NCBI GenBank assembly: GCA_022605425.2
Contig: JAKIMF020000001.1
Coordinates: 1,674,001 to 1,738,000 of the forward strand
Direction of reading: 5' to 3'
Source of the DNA: Hamiltosporidium tvaerminnensis FI-OER-3-3
Taxonomy: Eukaryota > Fungi > Microsporidia
DNA: 64,000 nt
In this document: positions 12,050 to 22,732 of the stretch, in pieces
How positions within the stretch are numbered: the stretch's first letter is position 1
Layout: the number at the start of each line of letters is the position of its first letter
The notes under the pieces: model-generated
Database searches by the model: none
What the model was told of the DNA's origin: nothing
The model's input: only the letters and a program-made list of their open reading frames with translations
Program-made: the position numbers and the translations under genes

Positions 12050-12514
12050 ATGTTAACACCCGCAAGAAGACGTTTAATGAAAGATCTTAGAAATATACAA
12101 GAAACAATTGATCAAAAACTATATGCTACACCTTTTGAAGATGATTTACTGATGTGGATTGCTGTGATATACGGTCCAGAAGATACACCATATGAAGATG
12201 GTACATTTACACTTCTGCTGATGTTTGACGAAACATATCCACAAAATCCGCCGGAAATTCGATTTTTAACAAAGATGTACCATCCAAATATTTACCAAAA
12301 TGGTGATTTATGTTTGGATATTCTAAAAAATCGATGGAGTCCAACCTATGATGTTTTAGCTATTCTTTTATCGATACAATCTCTTTTAAACGATCCAAAT
12401 GTAAGTTCACCTGCAAATCTAGAAGCTGCAAATTTACTTATTAAAGATGAAAAAATGTATTACAAAAAGGTTAGAGAAATTGTAGAAAATAGTTGGGTGG
12501 ATGGATGGACCTAA
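12050..12514 (+). CDS. RAD6: Ubiquitin-conjugating enzyme E2 Rad6/Ubc2
   Basis: M.TPARRRLM.D, GPEDTPYEDGTF, HPNIY.NG.LCLDIL.NRWSPTYDV, V...VE.SW; CCCC upstream. Confidence 0.97.
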   Translation: MLTPARRRLMKDLRNIQETIDQKLYATPFEDDLLMWIAVIYGPEDTPYEDGTFTLLLMFDETYPQNPPEIRFLTKMYHPNIYQNGDLCLDILKNRWSPTYDVLAILLSIQSLLNDPNVSSPANLEAANLLIKDEKMYYKKVREIVENSWVDGWT

Positions 12515-12633
12515 GAAAAATACCAATTGTAATATTTATTAAAATAGTTTTAAATATTTTATATCTTCTTTCATAAAATATGCTGTTTGCGTCAAAAAAA
12601 ATGTGGATATACATTACAAGGATATATTTATAA

Positions 12634-12963
12634 ACATTCTTATTTATTTTTAAAAGAGATTTCAATTTTCTATTCATATTATGTTTTTTTATTTTAAATA
12701 TTTTTTTGACATTCTTCCTTATTTTATAAAGAGATTTCAATTTTCTATTCATATTATGTTTTTTTATTTTAAATATTTTTTTGACATTCTTCTTTATTTT
12801 ATAAAGAGATTTCAATTTTCTATTCATATTATGTTTTTTTATTTTAAATATATTTTTTGACATTCTTCTTTATTTTATAAAGAGATTTCAATTTTCTATT
12901 CATATTATGTTTTTTTATTTTAAATATATTTTTTACATTCTTCTTTATTTTATAAAGAGATTT
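12634..12963. repeat. 75-bp tandem repeat, ~4.4 copies, just upstream of U4
   Basis: GAGAT anchor at 12656, 12731, 12806, 12882 and 12957. Confidence 0.95.
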
Positions 12964-13094
12964 TGCTTTAGTATTTTTTTTACTTTAAAGTGCTAATCAA
13001 CACATTTTCTTCGTTTTACAGTTGATTTTTTACTGTTTTTTTCTTTTGAAATTTTTTCAAAAATTCTATTTAATTTTTAAAAAAATTTGCCCCT

Positions 13095-13305
13095 GTTCTT
13101 GCGCAAGGGTGTGATCCTTTCAATGACGTTTTTACGGAGATAGGATAGTTGCTATAAGTACTTTACATCCAAATTAATAAGAGCAGTCTTGAGATTTTTC
13201 AAGCCATAGTAATCTGAAGGATTGCTATGAATTTGCAAAAGGATTTTTTAGTCCTTTTAACATTTAATATATTTTCTATCTTTTCATTTGATTGGATGTT
13301 TTTTT
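13095..13305 (+). ncRNA. U4: U4 spliceosomal snRNA (3' end uncertain: about 13258 or 13305)
   Basis: Follows CCCC (13090-13093). TTCTTGCGCAAGGG (13096-13109) is complementary to the conserved U6 segment CCCUGCGCAAGGA (stem II). ATCCT-TTC-AATGA-CG-TTTTTA-CG-GA-GA-T-AGGAT (13114-13146) is the 5' stem-loop with the Snu13 kink-turn. TTGCTA (13149-13154) is stem I. Downstream hairpins follow. Confidence 0.9.
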
Positions 13306-13756
13306 ACTCGTTTTTATATGCTTTTTCTCTTTGTTGTCTGATTACTTTTTTCATATATTTATAATTATATTTCAATGTTTTTTTAGCAGGGGAAGGAAGT
13401 AGAATAAAGCGAGCAAATATAAGAAAGAAAAATAATTCGGTATTAAATAAGTTTCATTTTGTTTTTACATTGTTAATACTTGATAATAAAAACAAAGAAA
13501 TTATATCACAGAATTTTTTTCGGCATATGTGACTGTAAAATAAAATAAAATCTTGTTTCGTTGGTCATAAATTTGTTTCAAGATATATTTCCCACCAAAA
13601 GAATATTAAAATATATTATTTGTTTGATCATTCTAGCAATTGTAAATGTAATTAGGTAATTTTTTAGAATCGAAATTTCTTATTTATTATATTTTAAAAA
13701 TAAAATGCAATTTTTTTACATATTTTTTTGAGTAAAATACCTTCTAAAAACCAGTA

Positions 13757-14028
13757 ATGTTACAATTTTTGAATGAAATAAAAGCGAATACTGCGATATA
13801 CACATTCGGGAAGGTTTTAAAAACAGAAAAGGATGTATATTTGATTTGTTATGAAAACACAAAAATAAAAATAGATTCTAAGCAATATAATTTAAAAAAT
13901 AATGAATGGATTCGAATTATTGGCAATTTTGATGGCCGAATAATTGATTTACTTATATTGAAAAAATAGCTGGTATAGATATTAACTTAATTAAAAAAGT
14001 TATAATTTTTATGCGAACAAAGAAATAA
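13757..14028 (+). CDS. TEN1: TEN1-like OB-fold protein (CST complex; RPA3-like fold), with an apparent 1-nt frameshift at the A6 run 13961-13966
   Basis: FLNEI...AIYTFGKV and EWIRIIG resemble Ten1 (LPWEV..STLRTFGRL; WVNVIG). The -1 frame continues IAGIDINLIKKVIIFMRTKK*, matching the Ten1 C-terminal helix (EGMNLPLLEQAI). About 90 aa. Confidence 0.6.
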
Positions 14029-15180
14029 TGAAATTTATGAAAGTATGATTTTTAAGACATAGATGTATTTTTCTATATTTTATAAAATTTATAAATAATT
14101 CATTTTAGCTTCTTCTTTAAAATTGGATGTCTCGTAAAAAAATCAAATTTCTTACAGATAAATCTTCTTTTTAACGTTGCTTTTATTCCATTTTAAATTT
14201 TTTTGATTTTTTGATTTTTTTTAAATCTTTAAAAATCAATAAAATGGTATTTAGATTCGAAATTGAACCTATAATTGAAATAAAAAGTGAAGATACATTC
14301 ATTTAATACCAAAAATATATTTTTATATGTAATTTAACAATTATAATCGTTTTGAAGCCATTATCTAAAAATTTGATTCCAATAAATAATTTTTGTCTTT
14401 AAGTTAAATCATGGCTGCTATGTTTTCTTATATAAACTTTGTGCCAATTATCTAATATTTGAACAATATTGTTTAAAAGTTCATTTATTTTCTGTCAGTC
14501 TAACAAGAATTTAAAATTTATTTAACCTTCTAATTTTACTTCATACAAATAGATTTAAAAATAATTCAATATTATATTTTTTATGAGGTTAACCCGATCA
14601 TCTCATGGTGGTAATAATATTCATTTATAACTTTTGACTGTTTTTTTAAAATTAAATTAATTTTTTTGTTTTAATCTGTAAAATTGTAAAATAGTATTTG
14701 ATACCATAATGAGTGAGTTGGTAATATTCATTTTACGAATTTTTGATGATATTGATCACAAAAACGTATTTTTTATTTTTCTAAAAAAAATATAATTATC
14801 ATTTTTTTGTATAACGAAATAATTTAATTATTTTTTTTATCATTTGTCTCAATTTTTTTTCTTAATTCTAATATTATGTAATTAAAAGAATATATTATGA
14901 TTTATCTTGTAAGAAGCTGTGTTATTTTAGATTATATATTACTTGCATGCTTTGGTATTAAGAACATAAAACTTAAATAACTCAGAATTGAATTTCAGTG
15001 AAAAAAATCATAAAGTATTTCAAAATACAACATAAAAAAACAGAATAGTAATAGAATGATTGGAGAAAAAATTGATTCACAGTTATTTTAATGTTGTCTT
15101 AAAAAATCAGCTTAGAATTAATATTCTTTTATTTAAATATATAATTTGAATTTTTTTTCTACCATAAATATATTTTTTTT

Positions 15181-15738
15181 ATGAAGTTTGGTAAATCTGG
15201 TATTGAATTATTAAACGACTGTAAAATGAAAGTCTTGACACCAATAAACAAGATATCACTACAAAAAATAGAATCTGAAAATAATTTACTTGAGGAAAAA
15301 ATGAAGGAAGTAAGAGAAAAAGCCGAAAGAAACGAGGTTAGCGAAAAACTTTCAACTGATTATTTTCTATTAAAAAAGTTTAAAGAAAGAAACGAACGCA
15401 TAAGAATTGCGTATCAATTTAGTAGATGTATAAAGATACAGAATAATTATTTTAAAAAAGATAAAATACAACATTTATTGTCAGATGAAGAAAATAAACA
15501 TTCGTTTCAATCGAAGCAAATTTTTGATGAATATTTTTCAGAATTTGGTATATTGGATTTTATAGATGAAGATCCGCCTCTAAATAATTTTGTACAGATA
15601 TTAACGTTAGATAATTGTGGTGTAGTTTTGGATGGAAATGATTTCCTTGAAATGAAAAAGAATAAATTATATTTTGTAAAGAAAAAAAATATTAAGCATC
15701 TCATTGACCAAGGTTTGGTAAAAATGATTAATAATTAG
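15181..15738 (+). CDS. PSF1: GINS complex subunit Psf1
   Basis: M.FG..G.EL, RN.R...AY...R..KI, LS.EE, PP...FVQI..L.NCG, KKN..YF......HLI.QG. Confidence 0.9.
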   Translation: MKFGKSGIELLNDCKMKVLTPINKISLQKIESENNLLEEKMKEVREKAERNEVSEKLSTDYFLLKKFKERNERIRIAYQFSRCIKIQNNYFKKDKIQHLLSDEENKHSFQSKQIFDEYFSEFGILDFIDEDPPLNNFVQILTLDNCGVVLDGNDFLEMKKNKLYFVKKKNIKHLIDQGLVKMINN

Positions 15739-15856
15739 AAATCTGTTTTTATTAACATAAATAAATCATGTTTTATGTATATTTACAAAGATTTACACTT
15801 CTTTAATAATTAGGACGAGTGATAAGCTAAACTAAATTTTTAATATTAATAAAATA

Positions 15857-16589
15857 GTGGAGGGAGGATAACCACATAAAAAACTTTCTGCTTGGCAATG
15901 AGTGTGTGAAACTGGTGTGAGATCATTGTTTGGATTTTTGGTGGGAATAAAACCACACTACATCTTTGGTTGTTCCATGGGAGTTGTTATGAGGAGGGGA
16001 GGTCTAAGAGATGGAGAAACTTTTTCTACAAATTTATTTGTAGTTTTTTATGTAACCAGATTGCAGACCGCAGCTGAACATGTAGGTAATTACCATGTAA
16101 AAGCATGGAAACCTAGCCTTGCTCACTCGGGTTAGAAGACTTAGCGCCTGGGAGATACAAAACAAAAAACCATATAAAGCCAGGAAAGCTAAGTAGCAGG
16201 TTATACCTGTTGGTATGACATTGCACTGTCTAGGTGGACCCCATGTAAATCTCTGAAATATATCTTAGCTAGAAGTTTATTGGGTTCAGAAAGTGTAGAG
16301 TAAGTGGGAATGCTGCATAGTCTTGGGGGAGCCAAGGGGGGGGGCTTCGGCCTTCGATCACACTCGATGCAACGGACATTAACGAACTCCGGACAACTGC
16401 CTCGCCTAGTAATTAGGTTCTACACACCCGGTAGATGAAAGGCTTTTGGGCGTAGGTATCGCAGGGGTTACCGATGGAGTGTTGGGGTAGCAGTTATTTA
16501 TGTTAAACCTAGAACTGCTTTAATGTCATGAAAACAAATATAACACTTGCCACTGTTTTAAAAAAGATGTGATACTTTTAAATAAAGTA
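15857..16589 (+). mobile_element. ~730-bp non-coding structured retroposon (family A), copy 2
   Basis: 18-bp TSD TTTAATATTAATAAAATA at 15839-15856 and 16590-16607; GC-richer than flanks; no transposase or RT. Confidence 0.9.
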
Positions 16590-18209
16590 TTTAATATTAA
16601 TAAAATAAAGAATTTACTAAAACGTTATTATATTTTATAATTTATCTTTTTATAGTATGTTCAATATCGATATATCTAAGTTTTTTGCCTTGAGATTTTA
16701 ATTGAATTGATACTTAGAGCATTGTCTTAGTACCCACACTTTTTATTCTTTTATTGGCATTTTGTACGGTTATATCTAATCACAGAGATAAATAATATTC
16801 GATAAGGTTGTTTTAAATGATATTTTTTCGTAAATTTTATCAGTATTTTAATATCTAATGTTTTATTAAGTGTATTTTATTTAGCAAAAGATTTATTAAG
16901 TTCTATATAGGCTAATATTAATATGATGTTCTTGTTTTTGTAATTCTCATGAAAAATTTTCTACTTAGATTTTTTACTTGTCAAAATGAATATTCAAACA
17001 TAACTAATAATATATAATTTAACTTTTTTTGATAGATTATCGAATATTTGTTATTCCTAAAATAAATGGATTATGTTTTTGAGAACAAAATACACAAATA
17101 GTGTATTAATTTTATTTTTACTAGTCAATATAGTGTTTTATTTCAAAATTTGTTACAATGCTTTCGAATTTCAATCTAATTTTCATTAATTTATCGATTA
17201 ATTTAGTTACGCGTATAATTTATTTTCTTCTTTAATAAATTTGCTCTTTGTGCAAAATTATAAAAAGGAAAAAAATCATTAATTAAAAAGTCTATATGTT
17301 ACGAAAGTAATAGTTTTTAAAATAATTAATCTAAACAACATACTTAACAGAGAATATTCACAATAATTATGCAGCTACTCTCTATTTCATAAAATATATT
17401 TATATCATGCACTAATATATCCCAGCTTCAGTTCATACTATATTTATTTTTGAGGTATCTTGAAAATCGGAACCTCTGATACTCAATTTCATCGAAAAAG
17501 TAGTTTATCACTATTTGTGCATTATATTTTTTTGATTTGAAATAAATCTTTGACTTTCAAGTTTTAATTTTTCATTTTCAGTTTCGGTATATATTTTAAT
17601 AGCTAAAGCCTTATATCAGTACAAGTAGGGCGTGTAATTATTTTTATTTTAGAACGTGAGCCTTGCTATGTATTTCCATCCTTTTTTCCAGAAAAAGGTG
17701 TGATTGTTCAAGTATTTGGTATTTCATGGGTTTCACTTGTGCTTTAATCTATATAGTCTATAAAATGATGTATTCTGGCAAAACTTTTCACAATCTGACT
17801 ATAGAAATACAGTTTTACTTGTATAAACGAGAAAAAAATGTCTCGGATTTGAAATGCCTTAAATTATAGTTAATTATGATAAAGTACCTCAAATGTTTTT
17901 ATCCCAAATATTTTCTGGCTGATTATACCAGATCAAGCTTTTCCTTCATATATGAATTTATTTTAGTTTCCTCAATTTCATGTTCAAAATATAGCTTTTA
18001 TAACTTCTAATATTCTTAAGTATCGAAAGAACTTAAGTTTTCTTATATTATAGCGAACCTTTTTCAGTACGCATCAGATATAAATGTATTTATACTACTT
18101 CCTAGTGTATTTGAAAATGTAAGTTTTTATTGCTGCTATCGGAATGACTAGAATCGATCCATTTTTTGCCAAATTCTGGTTTCCTTGAATGTTGTTTCAT
18201 ATTGAGCAC

Positions 18210-18451
18210 GTTCATTCATTCATACTCGGCACCACGGCCCTGCACGAGCCTTGGACTCCCTCAGTAATACCGCCCAACGGTTTTTTTCCGGTAAATTTGT
18301 TAACTTTTTCGGATTTTGTAACAAGGTGGTTTTAAAAGATGGGTTTTTAGCTATACGCCTAACTCCAACTTGGGGGATTAGTTCCTTTTAGTCGCATCTT
18401 ACGACAAGCAGAGAATACCCAAGCAAATTCTGTTCCAGGCATGGTAGGTAA
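18210..18451 (-). mobile_element. RTE-derived bipartite short retroposon (family C), copy 1
   Basis: 11-bp TSD ATATTGAGCAC (18199-18209, 18452-18462); GTCGTAAGA(G/T)GCGACTAA motif; RTE-like 3' end with (TGAA)n tail. Confidence 0.85.
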
Positions 18452-18489
18452 ATATTGAGCACATAGTCAGTAAAATCATAAACAATAGA

Positions 18490-18646
18490 AATAAAAAAAC
18501 ACACACTTTTTTAACCGATGAAACCATATTTTGGGTTTATAAGCCAATTCTCTTTGAATCCATGTTACAATAGATCAAAAGAAACAAATGTAAATTTTCA
18601 TTTGTTCATCCTCGACACCAAAGCAAAAGAGGAATGGAATAAGTAA
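18490..18646 (+). mobile_element. Degenerate family B short retroposon
   Basis: Tail GTTCATCCTCGACACC..AGCAAAAGAGGAATGGAATAAGTAA matches 33390-33619; head decayed. Confidence 0.5.
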
Positions 18647-19565
18647 ATATATAAATAAAGAATTACTTTTAAAATATTTTTTCGCTGGTTATTTGATTTA
18701 CTATATATCGATTTTTCAGTTTAAAAATTTTATAGAGAGTTAGAATTTCAACAAGAAATTTTTGTTTCTATTGGATTCTATCCATATATAAAGACATGGT
18801 GATATAAAGATAAAGTGATGAAATTATATGCTATTTGAAAACATATAGAATCAAATAAAAAAATTTGAGAACTTTGATTATTTTTTAAAATAAACGACTT
18901 TAAAAATATAAAATAATATCCTTTAATTTATGTATATATTATACCTTTTTTTATATTATCACTAGATATAATCCGCATAAATGAAATAATGACCAAATTC
19001 TTCAATTTTTAAATGTAAATAAATAAAAGATTAAGAAAAAAATCGGGCAGTTTTAATTAAATATTCGATATGTCTATTTTTGACTCAAATTTATGCTTTT
19101 AGCGTTCAGGTCATCGAGTACTCTAAAGATATATATTTTTCTTTCGTAACAGTATTTCATTTTTAGCATAAATTGTTCTAAACTTGAACATTTTTAATTT
19201 GATTAATACCAATTTTTCTTAAGCTCAGGATAAATATGTTGAATTGTGACAAATCGGGTGATTAGAAGGGTAAATCTTCAAATTATACTAGTTGATTCAA
19301 ACTATTCTTTCGCATATTTTGGCGTAGGTTTGAGACTATGTCGTATTTAACAATAATATTTCTGAATGATTTAATATTTATAAGAAGGATTCAGATTATT
19401 GGTAAAATTCATTTATATTGAAAAAATTTCGATTTTCTATCAACAAAGGTTTTTTTTAACCTCTTGATATGACAGATACCTTTGCATAATTACACTATCC
19501 TTTCAATTTCAAGAATAGAGGGCTATATTTTAGATTTAAGGCTTCCAAAAATTTTCGGTATATAC

Positions 19566-22500
19566 TAGAGTTGCCAGATGTCCCGATTTGGTCAAGACAT
19601 CCCGATATTTTAGACCTCTACGAAATGTCCCGTCGGGACACGCAGTGTCCCGATATATTCCCAGTTTCATTATCTGACAGTTTATTTAATGGTTCCTATA
19701 AGGCCACACTCGGAAATATAAGTCAGGAGTTCTTGGAAGGGAAAGTGGAGGTATAAGTTATCGCTCTGATGTTCCAAGAAAAGTTCCTTTTGTACACCAA
19801 ACAGATGTCTTGAATCTTTACATCCCCTATTGTTTCGTCACAGTTGCTTGTGATCTTTTCGCTGTGCTACACCTGCTCTGCCTACACCTACTTACTCTAC
19901 TGGAATCAATAAATAAGTATCAACTAAAATGAGAACTCTAGTTTCAAAACCGTGGTGTCAATTTTCAATTTCAAAAGATTCATTAGAAATATTTTATTTG
20001 TTGAAAGTAAAAATACGAATGGAAAAGAAAAAAAAGATCGGGCCCAGTACACAGCAGCTCCAATTTATTTTCCAAATTAACAAAAAAAATTTATATTAAT
20101 TATTATGCTGTGTAATTATTATATGTTTAACCTGTTGTTTTATGTCAGTGCAAGGTCGGGTAAACACAGTAGAAAAAAATATTATTAAGGCCGACAAATA
20201 TTATGGGATGATTTATATTGGGGGCGGCATATTTTCCAAAGAGGGCTGCAGTTTGAGTAGTTTGAACGCCTCAGGCGGCGTTCTTTCTAGTTACGCCACT
20301 GTAATGATATGTTAAAACGAAGATCTAATTACTTAATTTTTTTATTTCAATTCTATTGTGATTTTTAAATATCTTACTTGTTATTTTTAGTAGTTTAGTT
20401 TACTGTGTTCCTTATACCTTTTGGATTTTATTTGTAGAAAAATGAGTGGAAAGGACTCAAATACAATGGACGATGCAACTTCTCCCAAACGAGCAAAAAG
20501 ATTAACAAAGTACAGTACAACTTGGGAAACTTCTCATCCCTGGTCAAAAGAAGTAAAAAATAATACATTCAAGGCATTTTGTACAATTTGCAATAAAGAA
20601 TTGTCATATGCTCATGGTGAAATTTCTGATAAAAAGCATCATGCATACAGTGCTTCACACATTTATATCATTAAAACCAGGTCAAGCAGTGCACTCTCGA
20701 AATTTATTAACAAGCCAAATGATACAGTGTTAGAATTTAAAATCAGTGTTTCCCTAGAAGAAATCACGTGTGTATATCATACAGTAAAGCATGGCCTTAG
20801 CTCTAATAGTATGGATTGTGGACATAAATTGTTACCTACTGTTTGCAGTGATTCGAAAATCGCACAAAAATTTTCTTGTGGCAGAACAAAAGCAACAGCT
20901 ATTGTATCCGAGCTAGCTAAAGAGTCCATCAATGAGGTTTTGAAGTCTCTCAAGGAAAAAATTCATCCTTTTCCATTGCCAATGATACTAGCAATAAGAA
21001 AAACAGAAAAATGTTTCCAATTAGTATTCGTTATTTTGGCTTTAATTCTGGAATTGAAAATTGCCTTTTGGACTTTCTTGAGTGCAATAATGAATCGGCT
21101 GATGTAGTTTTCAAACTACTACAAGATTCTTTTAGCAAAGAATGAACTGTCAATGAGTAAAGTGTCTGCCTTTTCTGCTGACAACACAAATGTAAACTTT
21201 GGTTGTAATCATTCAATCTACACTAAATTTAAAGAATTAAATAACAGTATCATTAAAGCTGGCTGTCCAGTTCATATTATCCATAATGCAAGCAACTTTG
21301 CCACAAACAAATTAAAAGTAGATGTCGAATGTTTACTAATGAAATAAGTAGCCATTCAGTAGATCTGCTAAACGAAGAGCTGATTTAATGGAGCACTTTG
21401 AGTCACTTGAAATGCAGTGGGAGGAAATAGTGAAGCATGTTGTTACAAGATTCTTGACTCTGGGTCCTGCAATTGAACGTATTCTGAAATTATGGCCAGC
21501 TCTCAAGTCACATTTTCAAGATGAAGATAATGAATGTCCAACTAGCCTTCAGAATATTTTCATTTCTGAGGAAGAGGAAAACAAAATACTAGCATATTTT
21601 GCATTCCTCCACAATGTGATGTTCTCTTTAGAAAATACTATGAAGAAACTTGAATCAGATTCCCTAACAGTTGTTGAAATGCATGTCTAAATGAATACAT
21701 TGTTTAAAAAAATTGAACAAAGAATGAATGATAACTTCTTCGGAAGCCAAGCAAAAAAAAATCTTGATCTGCTAAAGCAAAGTACCGTAGACTTAGCGGA
21801 ATCAATGAAAAATGATTTTTTATCTTTTTATAGTAACTTCATTCCTTATCTAAGAAAAAGGTATGATTTCTCAGATGATAAAATACTCTCAAAGTTGTTG
21901 TTTTTTAACTTAGATACTGTGATAAGTTACAGTGAACTAGTGTCAAGGGCTGAACTACTGAATATTCATGTAGATGAAGATGTTTTATATGAAGAATACC
22001 AAATTATGAAACCAACCTTTGAATTAATTGCGCAGAAAAGGATTTCAATGCTACACAAAAATGGCAAACGGTTTTTAAACCCTTTTCAAAGTCAGATGTG
22101 CAAAATATTTTCAAAATTGTTGGATTTATAATGAGTATTCCAAGCTCAAAGTGTTATGTGGAAAGAGTTTTTTCTTAAATGTCCATCAAATGGTGGGATT
22201 TTAGGAATAGGTGTTTGGTTAAACTTATACGAGATGAACTAATGATGATTTTTAACTTCAAGCTTGATTGTAAAAGCCTCTACCAATATTTGAAAACCAA
22301 CAAAAATTTTCTAAAAAAATTACAATCATCATCAAAGTATGAAAAATAAAAAGTTTTTAATTCACAGTTATTTTGAAAGAAACAATGTACGTATTTTCAT
22401 TTCCTTTTTTTTCACATTATACCTAGTCCTGTCATAAGTTCTGTTACAAGGAAAAGTGTTCCTAGAAAATAAAGTACTCATAGTTCTTGGGAAAAGTAAT

Positions 22501-22732
22501 TTATTTATAAAATTGTGAACTGGTAATCCTTAACTTCATATCTGAAATAAACAGTAGGCAGGTTTCAGTAGGCATTTATTTTGGCTAATCATTATGTCCA
22601 ATGTTTGAAACAGAACTATGGCAAGACTAGGCACTTCCGGGGGTTGTCCCGATCCTTCATCGAAAATACCGATTTTTTGGCACTTTTTACTCATATGTCT
22701 CGATATCGGCTTAAAAAAATCTGATAACCCCA
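19566..22732 (+). mobile_element. hAT-superfamily DNA transposon (inactive)
   Basis: Imperfect TIRs TAGAGTTGCCAG / CTGATAACCCCA, subterminal TGTCCCGA repeats at both ends, flanking ATAC duplication, internal transposase pseudogene. Confidence 0.8.
20442..22349 (+). pseudogene. hAT transposase, broken by frameshifts and stops (ORF-track pieces at 20421, 21153, 21388, 21691)
   Basis: BED/TTF-like W..W..FCTIC..HH...H; CGRTKA; SADNTNVNFG; GCPVH (CxxH); TRFL; C-terminal SIPSS..YVERVFS dimerisation motif. Confidence 0.9.

Noticed and set aside
12471-12863. Repetitive ORFs at 12471-12863, 7134-7334 and 7945-8157, and CRISPR-like appearance of these arrays
   Set aside because: Head-to-tail tandem repeats with periods divisible by 3 and no unique spacers; eukaryotic context, no cas genes.
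13090-13392. Long-range pairing CCCCTGTT / AGCAGGGG around U4
   Set aside because: The CCCC is most likely the untranscribed promoter motif; a single 8-bp match may be chance.
15902-16135. Conserved ~70-77-aa ORF in family A copies (also 10221-10430 and 40580-40798)
   Set aside because: Non-ATG starts that differ between copies, no known motif, broken in copy 4; conservation is explained by recent copy identity.
15857-16551. Twister-ribozyme-like words GTGGAGGG (5' end) and TAACAC.TGCC (16541) in family A
   Set aside because: The essential GGUCCCAAGCC-type P4/L4 segment and P1 are missing, and other copies start differently.
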